DNA from: Mycobacterium asiaticum
GTDB lineage: Bacteria; Actinomycetota; Actinomycetes; Mycobacteriales; Mycobacteriaceae
Direction: 5' to 3'
NCBI RefSeq assembly: GCF_001673365.1
Contig: NZ_LZLS01000065.1
Span: 69,731-93,730 of the forward strand
Length of the DNA stretch: 24,000 bases
Shown here: positions 1 to 8,339 of the stretch, piece after piece
Layout of the letters: every line of letters starts with the position of its first letter
How positions within the stretch are numbered: position 1 is the first letter of the stretch
The notes under the pieces: model-generated
Databases searched by the model: none
Seen by the model: the letters and a program-made list of their open reading frames with translations, nothing else
What the model was told of the DNA's origin: nothing
Position numbers and translations under genes: made by a program

Positions 1-1615
1 TGGGATCGATCCGAACGTCAGTGACTAGACGATCCTTTCGTAGCAGCCGCCCGAGGGCTTCAAGCACCAGCCTCGATATCTGACCGACATGGCGTTCAGC
101 CGCTTTGATCTTCAAGGCGTCCAGGGTTTTTCGTGCGCGTTCGGCGTGCTCCACGAGGCGACGGTCATCGTCGGCGTCGAGTGTGGCCCGCGCCGCCTGG
201 TCCATGGCGGCCTCGTACGTGGTGTCAGCGCGAGCACGCTCCTGCCGTGCCGCCTCCAACCGGTCTTCAGCCTGAATGAGCAAGGCATGGCAGCGCACCG
301 CGTGCTGCGAGGCCTCGTCGAGTTCTTGCTTGATCGTCGCCAGCGCCTCCGGGTCTGGAATGGCGACGAGAGTCCGCTCGGCCTGCTCCAGCTCTCCCGT
401 GAGCTTGTCCCGCCGGTCCACGAGCGATAACAGTCGCTTGCGCGATGATGGCAGGATGCTCGACTGCAATGCGTCAACCGTGCGGCCGTCAGTAAGCCCG
501 CTGATCATCGGCACTCGCGCCGACGCCTCCTGGCGCTCGGCGACGTCAGTCGACATAAATGATTTCAGTGCTGTCAGCGCCGCCCCGCGTACTTTCGCTT
601 TCTGCAATTGGTCTAGCAGTACCTGATCTCGTGCCGCAACGACATCGATCACGAGTGACTCACGGTGTGCATCCTGTTCCAACGCAACCTGATTCGCGAG
701 TGAAGCCAGCAGGTGGGTCGCCTGCAGAAGAGGAGCCGCTTCGGCCGCCTCGGCGCGTAGCTCTTCGTCAACATCAGTAATCTGCTGACGAACCAGCATC
801 AGACGCGCCTCTGCCGCCTCACGTTGCTCGAGTAACCCACCGCCAGCGGCTCGATATTGCTCGGTGACTGCATTCAGGCGCTTATCGGCCCGCTCCGCCT
901 CCACCTTCGCAGTGCCGACCTGCTCTTGGGCGAGTTCCGCGGCTTGGCGCGCGTAGGTGACGGCGGTCCGGTTTGCCTCGACAAGTTGGCGCAGCTCCTC
1001 AGGCACCTCGGCGCCACGGTGGCGACGACGGATCACGGCCAAATCCGTTGCCAGGCGGTCGATCAGATCAAGCCCAAGCAGAGCGGCAAGCGCGGATTGC
1101 AGCACACGTTGTGACTGTTCCAGATCAGCCAGCGCTTCAATTTGCTCGCCATCGAAGAAGAACAGGCCAGCGATACCGCGTGGGATAAAGCTCTCGACAT
1201 ACTCGCTCCAGGCCGATGCAAGGGCTTCATCGAACTTCCCATCGACCCATACCAGAACGAATTCGCGGAGAGCAGCACCGCCGCCTTGCCACCGACGCCT
1301 GATCCGATAACTGTGCTTCACTCCCTGCTGGAAGACGTGGAAGGTCAGCTCGACGGCGGCGCCTTCGGAAGCAGGAATGCCGTGGTGGATAAGGCTTCTG
1401 AGGTAGCTGTCGTAGCTACCGGTGCGCCGGCGACGCGCTTGGGACAGCACCCCGTAGAGGGCCAGATGGATGGCTTCGAGGATCGTCGTCTTACCAGCAC
1501 CGTTCAAACCGCCGATGAGAACAACGGGCTTCTTCGAAGATGGTGGTGTCAGCCGGATTTCGTTCTTTCCTCGATACGTGCCGACGTTCTCCAAGATGAG
1601 CGAATCAAGAATCAC
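1..1615 (-). CDS. dndD: DndD, SMC/ABC-like ATPase of the DNA phosphorothioation system (3' end truncated by the window edge)
   Basis: Missing from the ORF track because it runs off the left edge. My reverse-complement translation from GTG at 1615 reads VILDSLILENVGTYRGKNEIRLTPPSSKKPVVLIGGLNGAGKTTILEAIHLALYG (Walker A GLNGAGKTT), then FFFDGEQIEAL. A long A/E/R/Q-rich coiled-coil follows, ending ...LRKDRLVTDVRIDP, with no stop down to nt 1. The GTG overlaps the dndC stop (GTGA at 1612-1615). Its position after dndB-dndC matches the canonical dndBCDE order. Confidence 0.88.
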   Translation of the reverse strand, partial: MILDSLILENVGTYRGKNEIRLTPPSSKKPVVLIGGLNGAGKTTILEAIHLALYGVLSQARRRRTGSYDSYLRSLIHHGIPASEGAAVELTFHVFQQGVKHSYRIRRRWQGGGAALREFVLVWVDGKFDEALASAWSEYVESFIPRGIAGLFFFDGEQIEALADLEQSQRVLQSALAALLGLDLIDRLATDLAVIRRRHRGAEVPEELRQLVEANRTAVTYARQAAELAQEQVGTAKVEAERADKRLNAVTEQYRAAGGGLLEQREAAEARLMLVRQQITDVDEELRAEAAEAAPLLQATHLLASLANQVALEQDAHRESLVIDVVAARDQVLLDQLQKAKVRGAALTALKSFMSTDVAERQEASARVPMISGLTDGRTVDALQSSILPSSRKRLLSLVDRRDKLTGELEQAERTLVAIPDPEALATIKQELDEASQHAVRCHALLIQAEDRLEAARQERARADTTYEAAMDQAARATLDADDDRRLVEHAERARKTLDALKIKAAERHVGQISRLVLEALGRLLRKDRLVTDVRIDP

Positions 1616-3153
1616 TGAACGACCTCCTCCCCTGACTTCTGCCGCACGTATCCATCGATGATGTCGAGAGGGTCAGGTTCGTCCGTCGGATCGCCGTTTC
1701 GCTCCATGGCGGCTTTGCGTCGGTGCGCACGGAGGGTGGCGTCAGTCTCGTCGTCGTAGAAATTCCGTCGAATCGCACCTTCGAGCGAATCGAACAGTCC
1801 GGCACGACGAGCCTGAGACTGGTATCGCTGTTCGATATCGAGTAGTTCGCGGACGAGTTCAAAGTGCAATCGATCACCATCGGCTACTTCCCGCAGCGTC
1901 TCAATCAGTTCCGGGCCCAAAGGCAGATGCTCGTCGAGCGGTCCGCCGGGGTAGGGCCTGCCCATGGCTTGTTCGTAGATGCCTGGAAGGTGGTCCTCGA
2001 ACTCGTGCTTCTCCACAACCCAGATCCGGCGGATCTCCTCGAGCTCAGCTTGTGTAATCAGGTCAAGGGACCGGACGTACTCGGGTCCCTCTTCCCGGAT
2101 GTACGCCTGTGCCTCAAGCAATCTGCGCAGCCAGTCCTCACGTGAGGCTTGGGTGTACGGTCCGGGAATCGGCTTGCCGTGGAAGAGCTGGACCGCCCCG
2201 TTCATCCGCCGGAAGTCACGGAGGTGCCGGTCGTCGGCGACATCGAGTGCGTTTCGGAGATCAAGCAGCGGCAGCATCCACTCCTTCTCCTCGTCGTTCT
2301 GAATCATCGCCGACATCGACTTGTCTTTATCGACGAGTGTGCACGTCCAGCAACCGAATCGACTGTCGCCGCAACTCGGCGTGCTGGAGTCGACAACCAG
2401 CGGGCATTCGCCGTCCGGCGAGGCGCCCTGGTACATGGTGAGTAGCTCTTTGTTGGAATAGCCCCACGGATTCGCTTCTTGCATCAGGAAGGTCCACACG
2501 TCATCGTTGGACCAGTCCTCAATCGGCGAATAGACGAGGCAGTTCGGCAGGGAATTGTTCGGGCTCAGGAGATCTCGCACCCGGCGCGCTTGCAGTTCGG
2601 TCATTCGATGGGACCGCCCCGAACTCTCGGCCTTGCGCGTTCCTAGTACGAGGATGGCCTCCCCGTGTGCTTTCACCATCTCGCGGATGAATGAGTTCGA
2701 CGGCTTGATCTTCAGGCGTTCGGTGCACCACCGAAACTTCGGCCGAGGTGCGGGGTAGCCCCGACCGATCAGGTTGACCCAGAATGTATCCGCCACCGCC
2801 GGAGTCAAACGATGGGGTGCGATGGGAAGTCCACCCTCACGCGCCGCACTCTCCATTACCTCCAACGAATGCGTCACCCACGCGGCGACAACCGGGTTCT
2901 CGACCAACGTGTCGGTACTAATCACATGGACGGGCTTGTGGCGCTGCTTCTCCGAAAGTCCTTTCAGCGCAAGCCATACGATCTGCAGAACGGCAGTCGA
3001 GTCCTTGCCACCCGAGTAGCCGACCACCCATGGCACGTCGTCAGCCGCATAAAGTTCCTGCGTCTTGTTGACGACCGTTTCGATGGTCGCCGCGAATCCC
3101 AGTTCGTCGAACGCCGATCGCCGCTTCGGCGAGATAGGCAGACTCCGCTTCAT
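1612..3153 (-). CDS. dndC: DndC, PAPS-reductase/PP-loop ATP pyrophosphatase-like Fe-S protein of DNA phosphorothioation
   Basis: 513 aa. PP-loop motif VVGYSGGKDS and Cys cluster CGDSRFGCWTC. The ATG (3153-3151) overlaps the dndB TGA (ATGA). AAGGAGGGG Shine-Dalgarno sequence a few nt upstream. Confidence 0.93.
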   Translation of the reverse strand: MKRSLPISPKRRSAFDELGFAATIETVVNKTQELYAADDVPWVVGYSGGKDSTAVLQIVWLALKGLSEKQRHKPVHVISTDTLVENPVVAAWVTHSLEVMESAAREGGLPIAPHRLTPAVADTFWVNLIGRGYPAPRPKFRWCTERLKIKPSNSFIREMVKAHGEAILVLGTRKAESSGRSHRMTELQARRVRDLLSPNNSLPNCLVYSPIEDWSNDDVWTFLMQEANPWGYSNKELLTMYQGASPDGECPLVVDSSTPSCGDSRFGCWTCTLVDKDKSMSAMIQNDEEKEWMLPLLDLRNALDVADDRHLRDFRRMNGAVQLFHGKPIPGPYTQASREDWLRRLLEAQAYIREEGPEYVRSLDLITQAELEEIRRIWVVEKHEFEDHLPGIYEQAMGRPYPGGPLDEHLPLGPELIETLREVADGDRLHFELVRELLDIEQRYQSQARRAGLFDSLEGAIRRNFYDDETDATLRAHRRKAAMERNGDPTDEPDPLDIIDGYVRQKSGEEVVQ

Positions 3154-4295
3154 CTAACCCCTCCTTGAAATGCGTCTTCTGCCCGTTGTTCGTCTGGTGG
3201 CAACGGCAGCCCCATTACAGCGCGCATCGCCGCCGTAGTGAGGAGGACGTTGGCGGCGCTCTTCGATACGCGCCCGCCGATGACGGCGCGGCCCTCCCAC
3301 ATGCTGCTTGACCGGTGCCAGTCCAGTTCGCGCAGCTTCTTGAGGGCTGTCGACCATGCCCGGACACCCTTGCTTTGGCTTAAGAGACTGTTGCCGACCT
3401 TGCCTAATGCGTGCAGGACGATGCCATGTGTGTGAATGAAGTCCTGCCTCACTTCGCCGGCCGTGATCTCCCGGTTGAATACCTGCTCCCACTCCGGGAA
3501 CTGATCAGCCACCAACTCCCAGTACTTTGCCGTGAGGTCAACCTGGCGCTCGAAGTCTTCCTCGATCCCATCGAGCAGCGCTTTCGTCGCTGTGTAGAAC
3601 GCCGACAGCGTGAACAGCTTTCGTGACCGCTGCGCAAGGTTTGACGTCTCCATCTCGGTGAGATCGCGCAGAAATGGCGAGCGCATGACGACAAGCCTTG
3701 TTAGCGCTGATATCTCGTCCCGATGGTCGTAGAGCACGCCTATCGATTTGGCGGGCCGTACCGCGTACCGGTTGAGATCGGCGAACATTTGTTGGCAGCG
3801 CTCTAAGCCAACGTCGAGGAACATGACAATCGCAATGCTCTCGTCGCCTAGAGCGGGGTTCTCGGCCAACGCCTGCTGAATGCCTGCACGTCGGTGCTGA
3901 CCGTCGTTGATGACGAAGCGGGCCGACATCGGGATGGTGAGCGTGCCGACCCGCTCACTGGGCCCATCGCTCGCAATCGGCTCGAAATGAACATCGGCAT
4001 CCACGGAAGCGGTCAGGGCAGAGAAGACGTAGCTGTCACTGTTCTCCACGATGTATCGCGCGATCTCCGGCACCCGCCCTTTGTTGAGGGTGCGTTGCGC
4101 GCGCAGCTCCGGCGTCAGCTCTTCCTCATCGAACAGAAACATCCGAGGGATGAGCCGCAACGGGCACATCGTTACGTAGTACTCGCGACCGGCCTGAACC
4201 CCTCTGATAGCTGGGAAGACGTACTCAAATCCGGCAGCACGGGGTCGACCTGCGGTTTCGGGCGAATGATGCGGGGCAGCGGTGGTTTGCGTCAC
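3150..4295 (-). CDS. dndB: DndB, DGQHR-domain regulator of DNA phosphorothioation
   Basis: 381 aa with the DGQHR signature (FVINDGQHRRAGI). GTG start at 4295 preceded by AGGAGGA (reverse complement of 4302-4307 plus flank). First gene of the minus-strand dndBCD run. Confidence 0.88.
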   Translation of the reverse strand: MTQTTAAPHHSPETAGRPRAAGFEYVFPAIRGVQAGREYYVTMCPLRLIPRMFLFDEEELTPELRAQRTLNKGRVPEIARYIVENSDSYVFSALTASVDADVHFEPIASDGPSERVGTLTIPMSARFVINDGQHRRAGIQQALAENPALGDESIAIVMFLDVGLERCQQMFADLNRYAVRPAKSIGVLYDHRDEISALTRLVVMRSPFLRDLTEMETSNLAQRSRKLFTLSAFYTATKALLDGIEEDFERQVDLTAKYWELVADQFPEWEQVFNREITAGEVRQDFIHTHGIVLHALGKVGNSLLSQSKGVRAWSTALKKLRELDWHRSSSMWEGRAVIGGRVSKSAANVLLTTAAMRAVMGLPLPPDEQRAEDAFQGGVR

Positions 4296-4394
4296 CTCTC
4301 ATCCTCCTACCGTATTTGTTCGGAAAACGCAATCCGTACACGTGGCCGCGTTTCTCCGAACGCATGTCAGAACCTACGCGTACCGTCTTGGATC
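4296..4394. promoter_or_regulatory. Divergent dndA / dndBCD(E) intergenic control region with short repeats
   Basis: 99-bp gap between divergent starts. TACCGT occurs at 4308-4313 and 4381-4386, and CCGTAC at 4334-4339. Palindromes CACGTG at 4339-4344 and TACGCGTA at 4375-4382. No -10/-35 promoter elements could be assigned with confidence. Confidence 0.4.
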
Positions 4395-5594
4395 ATGACG
4401 GTAGACACGCCCACCGACAGATCCGCCGCACCGGGTTCTCCGGTCTCAGAAACCGCTGGCCGCCCCATCTATCTGGATTGCAATGCCACGACACCGGTGG
4501 ACCCACGGGTATCGGCGGAGGTGATGACCTACATGGCGCACGAGTTCGGCAATTCGGGCAGCCGTACGCACGGATATGGGCAGATCGCCAAAGAACGCGT
4601 GGCCCTCTCCCGAGAGCAGGTAGCCGCAGTAGTCACCGCCCGTCCCGATGAGGTGACATTTACGAGCGGCGCAACGGAGAGTAACAACCTGGCGATCCTC
4701 GGCTTGGCGCCCTCAGGTGAGGCGGCTGGCAGGCGCCACATCGTGTCGACCCAGATCGAACACAAAGCGGTGTTGGAACCGCTCGCTGCGCTCGTGGATC
4801 GTGGTTTCGACGTCACGCTGGTGCCGCCAACTCGCGGCGGATGGGTCGATCCGACCGCTATTGCCGACGCCATCCGCCCGGACACGCTCCTCGTATCGGT
4901 CATGGCCGTCAACAACGAGACCGGCGTCATTCAACCAATCGCCGACATCGCCGCGGCGCTGGACCAGCATGACGCCTACTTCCACGTGGACGCGGCCCAA
5001 GCATTCGGCAAGCTCATCGAGCCCCTGCGGTCTCCACGGATCGACATGCTCAGCGTCTCCGGACACAAAGTCTTTGCGCCCAAAGGCATTGGCGCGCTTG
5101 TGACCCGGCGCCGCGGTTTCCGGCGCATCCCATTAGCACCACTGATGTTCGGTGGCGGGCAGGAGCGAGGACTCAGGCCCGGCACGCTTCCGGTTGCGCT
5201 GATTGCCGGCCTTGGCCTTGCCGCCGAGCTGGCGCTTCGTGAATACGACGCCCGATCCGAGCGCGTTGCGGCGATCAAACGGGAAGCACTGGCCGCATTG
5301 TCGCCGCTCGAAATTCAACTCAACGGTGACGAAGCGCGCACGGTGCCGCACACTCTCAACTTCTCAGTGCCGGGCGTCGACGCCGAAGCCGCCATCGTCG
5401 CCCTCAAGGACGTCGTTGCGGTGTCGAACGGATCGGCATGCACCTCTCAGAAGTACGAACCGAGTCATGTTCTCGTCGCCGCAGAACTTCCGAAGGAGCG
5501 TATCGACGGTGCGCTCCGATTCTCTTGGAGCCATCTCAATAATGACGTGCCGTGGAGCACTGTCGCACAACGACTCTCACGATTAAGAGGGTGA
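4395..5594 (+). CDS. dndA: DndA, IscS/NifS-like PLP-dependent cysteine desulfurase
   Basis: Starts at the in-frame ATG at 4395 within track ORF 3894..5594. The upstream part of that ORF is antisense to dndB. Motifs: IYLDCNATTPVD, PLP-lysine motif SVSGHKVFAPKGIGAL, catalytic-Cys loop VSNGSACTSQ. Divergent from dndB, as in the Streptomyces lividans dnd layout. Confidence 0.88.
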   Translation: MTVDTPTDRSAAPGSPVSETAGRPIYLDCNATTPVDPRVSAEVMTYMAHEFGNSGSRTHGYGQIAKERVALSREQVAAVVTARPDEVTFTSGATESNNLAILGLAPSGEAAGRRHIVSTQIEHKAVLEPLAALVDRGFDVTLVPPTRGGWVDPTAIADAIRPDTLLVSVMAVNNETGVIQPIADIAAALDQHDAYFHVDAAQAFGKLIEPLRSPRIDMLSVSGHKVFAPKGIGALVTRRRGFRRIPLAPLMFGGGQERGLRPGTLPVALIAGLGLAAELALREYDARSERVAAIKREALAALSPLEIQLNGDEARTVPHTLNFSVPGVDAEAAIVALKDVVAVSNGSACTSQKYEPSHVLVAAELPKERIDGALRFSWSHLNNDVPWSTVAQRLSRLRG

Positions 5595-5609
5595 GAAACC
5601 GAGGCGACA

Positions 5610-5828
5610 CTACCCAGCCGTGTCTACCTTGATCGTCCGCACAACGTAATCGATCGCAGCGTTGACATCGTCTAAGTCGTTCTGCTCATGCGTGATTTGG
5701 TCGGTGGAGCGGTCTGAAATCTGCACGGCGACACCATGGTAGGTGACGTTGATCAGTATGTCGTACTCATCCGGAAGCATGATGACGCTGTTCCTTTTCT
5801 GTTCCGTAGTGACGCTTTCCAGTTCCAT
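5610..5828 (-). CDS. Hypothetical small acidic protein (72 aa), last gene of a three-gene operon
   Basis: ORF begins 19 nt downstream of the 303-aa gene on the same strand. No recognisable motif and no clear Shine-Dalgarno sequence. Visibly lower GC than the flanks. Confidence 0.45.
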   Translation of the reverse strand: MELESVTTEQKRNSVIMLPDEYDILINVTYHGVAVQISDRSTDQITHEQNDLDDVNAAIDYVVRTIKVDTAG

Positions 5829-5846
5829 AGAGACATTTATGGCTTC

Positions 5847-6758
5847 CTATCCCTCATGCTCGATCGACAGCCAGTCGTCGAGGCTGATGCCGAACGCGTG
5901 CGCTTGGCAGAGTTCGGCGTCGCGTAATTGGGCAACCTGCGGATCCACCCACTCGACGAACTCACGCTCGGGGTGGCTGGCGTCGCGCATGTGAATGAAG
6001 TAGTCGTACTTGCCATACCCCCGCTTACGGTCGCGGGCCATGCGCGGCGGCAGTTCCAAGCGGTACAGGGAGGTGCCGCGGACGCCGCGGTCGATGAGCG
6101 TTGCATCAGAATCAATCACCAGCTGTTCAAAGGTGAGGTACTGCAAGGCAACCGCCCGTTGATCGGCGTCGGCGAGCGCGGCGATGTCCTGGATGAGCAG
6201 CTCGTGGTTGATCACTTGGAAGTACAACCGCCTGTCGAAGTGGACGCCGCGGAGGAAGTGGTAGCCGTGGCCATCGGGCCAGACGATCGCCATGCGGCCG
6301 CTGTCGTCGTGAAGGACATCTGTTCGCCCCTCGGCGAGCCGCACGACTGGTGTTGGCACAATGATCGCCATCCGATCGGCGGCGATCAGCCAGCCCAAGC
6401 CACTACAGCTTGCTTCACCGATCGCGTTCTTCAAACCGACAGCATTGTCGGCGGAGATGACGACGAGGTCACTCAGCCAGAAGATGCGGCGGCTCGCGAC
6501 GTATCGCCGTGCCACATGTCCAAAGACCAGCCGCTGGATGCCGCCCAGGCGTCGGCGGTCCTCGTCCAAATCCTCGAGTGTGCGTGCACTCTGCCGAAGC
6601 GGATGGTCCGCCAGCCGCGCGTCGACCCGGTGCGCCGCCGCCAATCGCAGCGCTTCATCGAGATTGGCCACCACGACGTACTTGGTGCCGGTGTGCGCGC
6701 CGAGGGATCGATAGAACTCGGCGACGAGCTCAACGACTCGGGTCCGGCTGAAGGCCAT
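5847..6758 (-). CDS. Hypothetical protein, resembles the uncharacterised DUF6745-type family
   Basis: I chose the ATG at 6758 (MAFSRTRVV...), 2 nt after the upstream gene's TGA (6763-6761), rather than the track start at 6833. The C-terminal half (VLHDDSGRMAIVWPDGHGYHFLRGVHF...SLYRLELP...YFIHMRDASHPEREFVEWVDP) matches my memory of the LH..G.A...DG...hGV / LY / VP family pattern. No search was run. Confidence 0.65.
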   Translation of the reverse strand: MAFSRTRVVELVAEFYRSLGAHTGTKYVVVANLDEALRLAAAHRVDARLADHPLRQSARTLEDLDEDRRRLGGIQRLVFGHVARRYVASRRIFWLSDLVVISADNAVGLKNAIGEASCSGLGWLIAADRMAIIVPTPVVRLAEGRTDVLHDDSGRMAIVWPDGHGYHFLRGVHFDRRLYFQVINHELLIQDIAALADADQRAVALQYLTFEQLVIDSDATLIDRGVRGTSLYRLELPPRMARDRKRGYGKYDYFIHMRDASHPEREFVEWVDPQVAQLRDAELCQAHAFGISLDDWLSIEHEG

Positions 6759-6760
6759 GG

Positions 6761-7096
6761 TCAGTCGGCGACGACACGCCGCGGCGCGACTGACGATCGG
6801 ACGTCGAACTCGGTTTTGCGAATGACCTTCCATGCGCCCGCCGGAACAACAATCTCTCGGTGCTGCTGGTGGGTCTTGTGGTGGCGGAGCGGGGTAGGCC
6901 GGTCGAGGTCGACGAACAGGTCACCGTTCGCCGCGACGATCTGCTCGAAGACGTCATCGCTCTCGAGTACGTGGTGATGACCCGATTCACTATGCCCGAC
7001 AATGCAACTCGTCACCTGTGCACTGGTGCCGTTCGGCGTGGCATCGATCGGCAGCAGCAGAATCTCGCCGTGGCGGATAGGAGTGCGGTGAGCCAT
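6761..7096 (-). CDS. Small beta-rich His-motif protein (cupin-like, function unknown)
   Basis: MAHRTPIRHGEILLLPI...IVGHSESGHHHVL...LRHHKTHQQHREIVVPAGAWKVIRKTEFD. The pattern hGE/DhhLhP...GE.GH.H...H..H..h.hP.G.a...Q/K.Eh recalls a small family seen in phage and mobile-element genomes. ATG at 7096 has GAAAGG 8 nt upstream. An alternative GTG lies at 7105. Confidence 0.6.
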   Translation of the reverse strand: MAHRTPIRHGEILLLPIDATPNGTSAQVTSCIVGHSESGHHHVLESDDVFEQIVAANGDLFVDLDRPTPLRHHKTHQQHREIVVPAGAWKVIRKTEFDVRSSVAPRRVVAD

Positions 7097-7220
7097 CGGT
7101 GACACCTTTCGATGGGAGTTCGGCGGGACAGCCGCGCGGCACGCGATCAGAAATCACCCACGCGACATGGCCACTGATCGTACAATTGTTCGAACATCGG
7201 CGCAAGGTGTGGGCAACGCC

Positions 7221-7235
7221 ACATCTACTAGATGT
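7221..7235. promoter_or_regulatory. Perfect palindrome ACATCTA-C-TAGATGT upstream of the 7096->5610 operon
   Basis: 7-bp arms with a 1-nt spacer, read directly. It lies in an AT-richer gap (about 7200-7290) between the end of the frameshifted gene (7294) and the operon start (7096). Confidence 0.35.
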
Positions 7236-7293
7236 GCTACGTATTTTGTTTAGCTGCAAGCTATTTCGCAGCGGCGATCTCAGCCAGCAAATA

Positions 7294-7850
7294 CTAAGGG
7301 CTAGGCCACACCACCTTGGCCCGGTAGCGATCCGGGTACAGGCCAACGACTGCTTTCTTCTTCAGGAGTTGCGGTGTCTCATTCTTCGACCACTCAAGCC
7401 AGTCCCGGACAGCCTCAATTGGATCGGCGTCAGGGCCGACCGGCAGGGCTCCACGAGCAGGTCGACGGCCCGGCCGACGAGCTGCTTGCCTCGAATCTCT
7501 AAATCCGCTGGACGGTACCCGAATTCAGACGGTCCGAAGTCCGCTTCCGTATGGCGGAATGGGTGCATGCGCACGGCCGGATGCCTGGCATAGAAGCTAT
7601 ACACGTCAATGTCTTTGACCCCGTTCTTGCCGTCAAGGTAGTGAAGCGCACCACCTTGGCAGAGTGCGATCAGTAGCAAACGGTCGCGATACACCGACAG
7701 ATTAGGACTGCGAGCGAACATGGCGGCCTGGTCATTTAGCGCAATCTTGACCAGCCGGTCGAGGTGTTCGTCGGTGAACGGCTCATAGCTTCGCTCGGAT
7801 GGCCGGCCCACTGACATTGCGCTGAGCTTACGGACCATATCGCAACTCAT
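7294..7850 (-). pseudogene. Conserved hypothetical gene interrupted by a 1-nt frameshift near 7446-7455
   Basis: Track ORF 7362..8360 carries ...SYEPFTDEHLDRLVKIALNDQAAMF...LLLIALCQGGALHYLDGKNGVKDIDVYSFYARHP...GRAVDLLVE and then turns into low-quality sequence. The adjacent frame continues cleanly as ALPVGPDADPIEAVRDWLEWSKNETPQLLKKKAVVGLYPDRYRAKVVWPSP* (stop at 7296-7294). The 5' limit is uncertain, with candidate Met codons at 7850, 7838 and 7817. The long N-terminal extension to 8360 is doubtful. Confidence 0.5.
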
Positions 7851-7868
7851 CGTTGCTTCGATCGCGGG

Positions 7869-8186
7869 TTGTCGGTGCCAGCTGGAAGCATCGAAGGTGT
7901 GGAAGACGAGCGTGAACAACCCGACGGCCGGAAGGAACGGATCACCCAGCGCACGGTGGACAACGTCGACGACCACAACGAGTGTCCGTTCTGTCTGGGT
8001 CGCGCCGCCGCACATCGTGGTGACGGTGACAACTGCAACCCGTTCCCGAAGGTTGATTTTTCCGAAGGTTCGCCAGATCGGTACGAAGACGATCACTGGC
8101 TGTGGGCGATGGGTCACGCGGTCGGGTCCGAGGAGCCGGGCGGACTGCTGTGGTTTGAACAACCCAATCGCGGTCATGACGCATGA
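7869..8186 (+). CDS. Possible small acidic protein with a CPFC motif (strand assignment ambiguous)
   Basis: 105-aa ORF with a TTG start (alternative GTG at 7875). It lies exactly antisense to the Val/Thr-rich N-terminal extension of ORF 7362..8360. The plus frame has more G at codon position 1 and a D/E/G-rich composition. The minus frame is about one-sixth Val, which is typical of an antisense artefact. No convincing Shine-Dalgarno sequence. Confidence 0.25.
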   Translation: MSVPAGSIEGVEDEREQPDGRKERITQRTVDNVDDHNECPFCLGRAAAHRGDGDNCNPFPKVDFSEGSPDRYEDDHWLWAMGHAVGSEEPGGLLWFEQPNRGHDA

Positions 8187-8339
8187 GTAGTTCGCTTTTC
8201 CGATTTGCTGTCGCTGATACGTTGGTGGAATGAGCACGGTATACCGCAGGGCGCGGGACTCGGTGGAGACACCGCAGCCCCTGTCCGTCCTCATCCGGGG
8301 GTAGCGGGCAGGGGCCAGTAGTCCCCTGGAGGCACTGCC

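Noticed and set aside
89-1618. Plus-strand track ORFs (for example 89..430, 957..1310, 1142..1618) across the left end
   Set aside because: All are antisense or alternate-frame shadows of the dndD reading frame, which I translated without interruption. Their compositions are Arg/Ser/Pro-rich, as is typical for high-GC shadow ORFs.
3894-4394. Upstream 167 codons of the 566-aa plus-strand ORF that contains dndA
   Set aside because: This part is antisense to the well-supported dndB gene and has no desulfurase similarity. The DndA-like sequence begins at the in-frame ATG at 4395.
5928-6977. 349-aa plus-strand ORF
   Set aside because: It is antisense to the DUF6745-like and His-motif genes, which have recognisable family-like sequence and operon spacing. 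The composition looks like a shadow ORF.
8296-8315. Shared 11-mer GGGCAGGGGCC with 15470-15480, suggesting a repeat family
   Set aside because: Dozens of 11-mer coincidences are expected in a 24-kb GC-rich window, and the flanks do not align.
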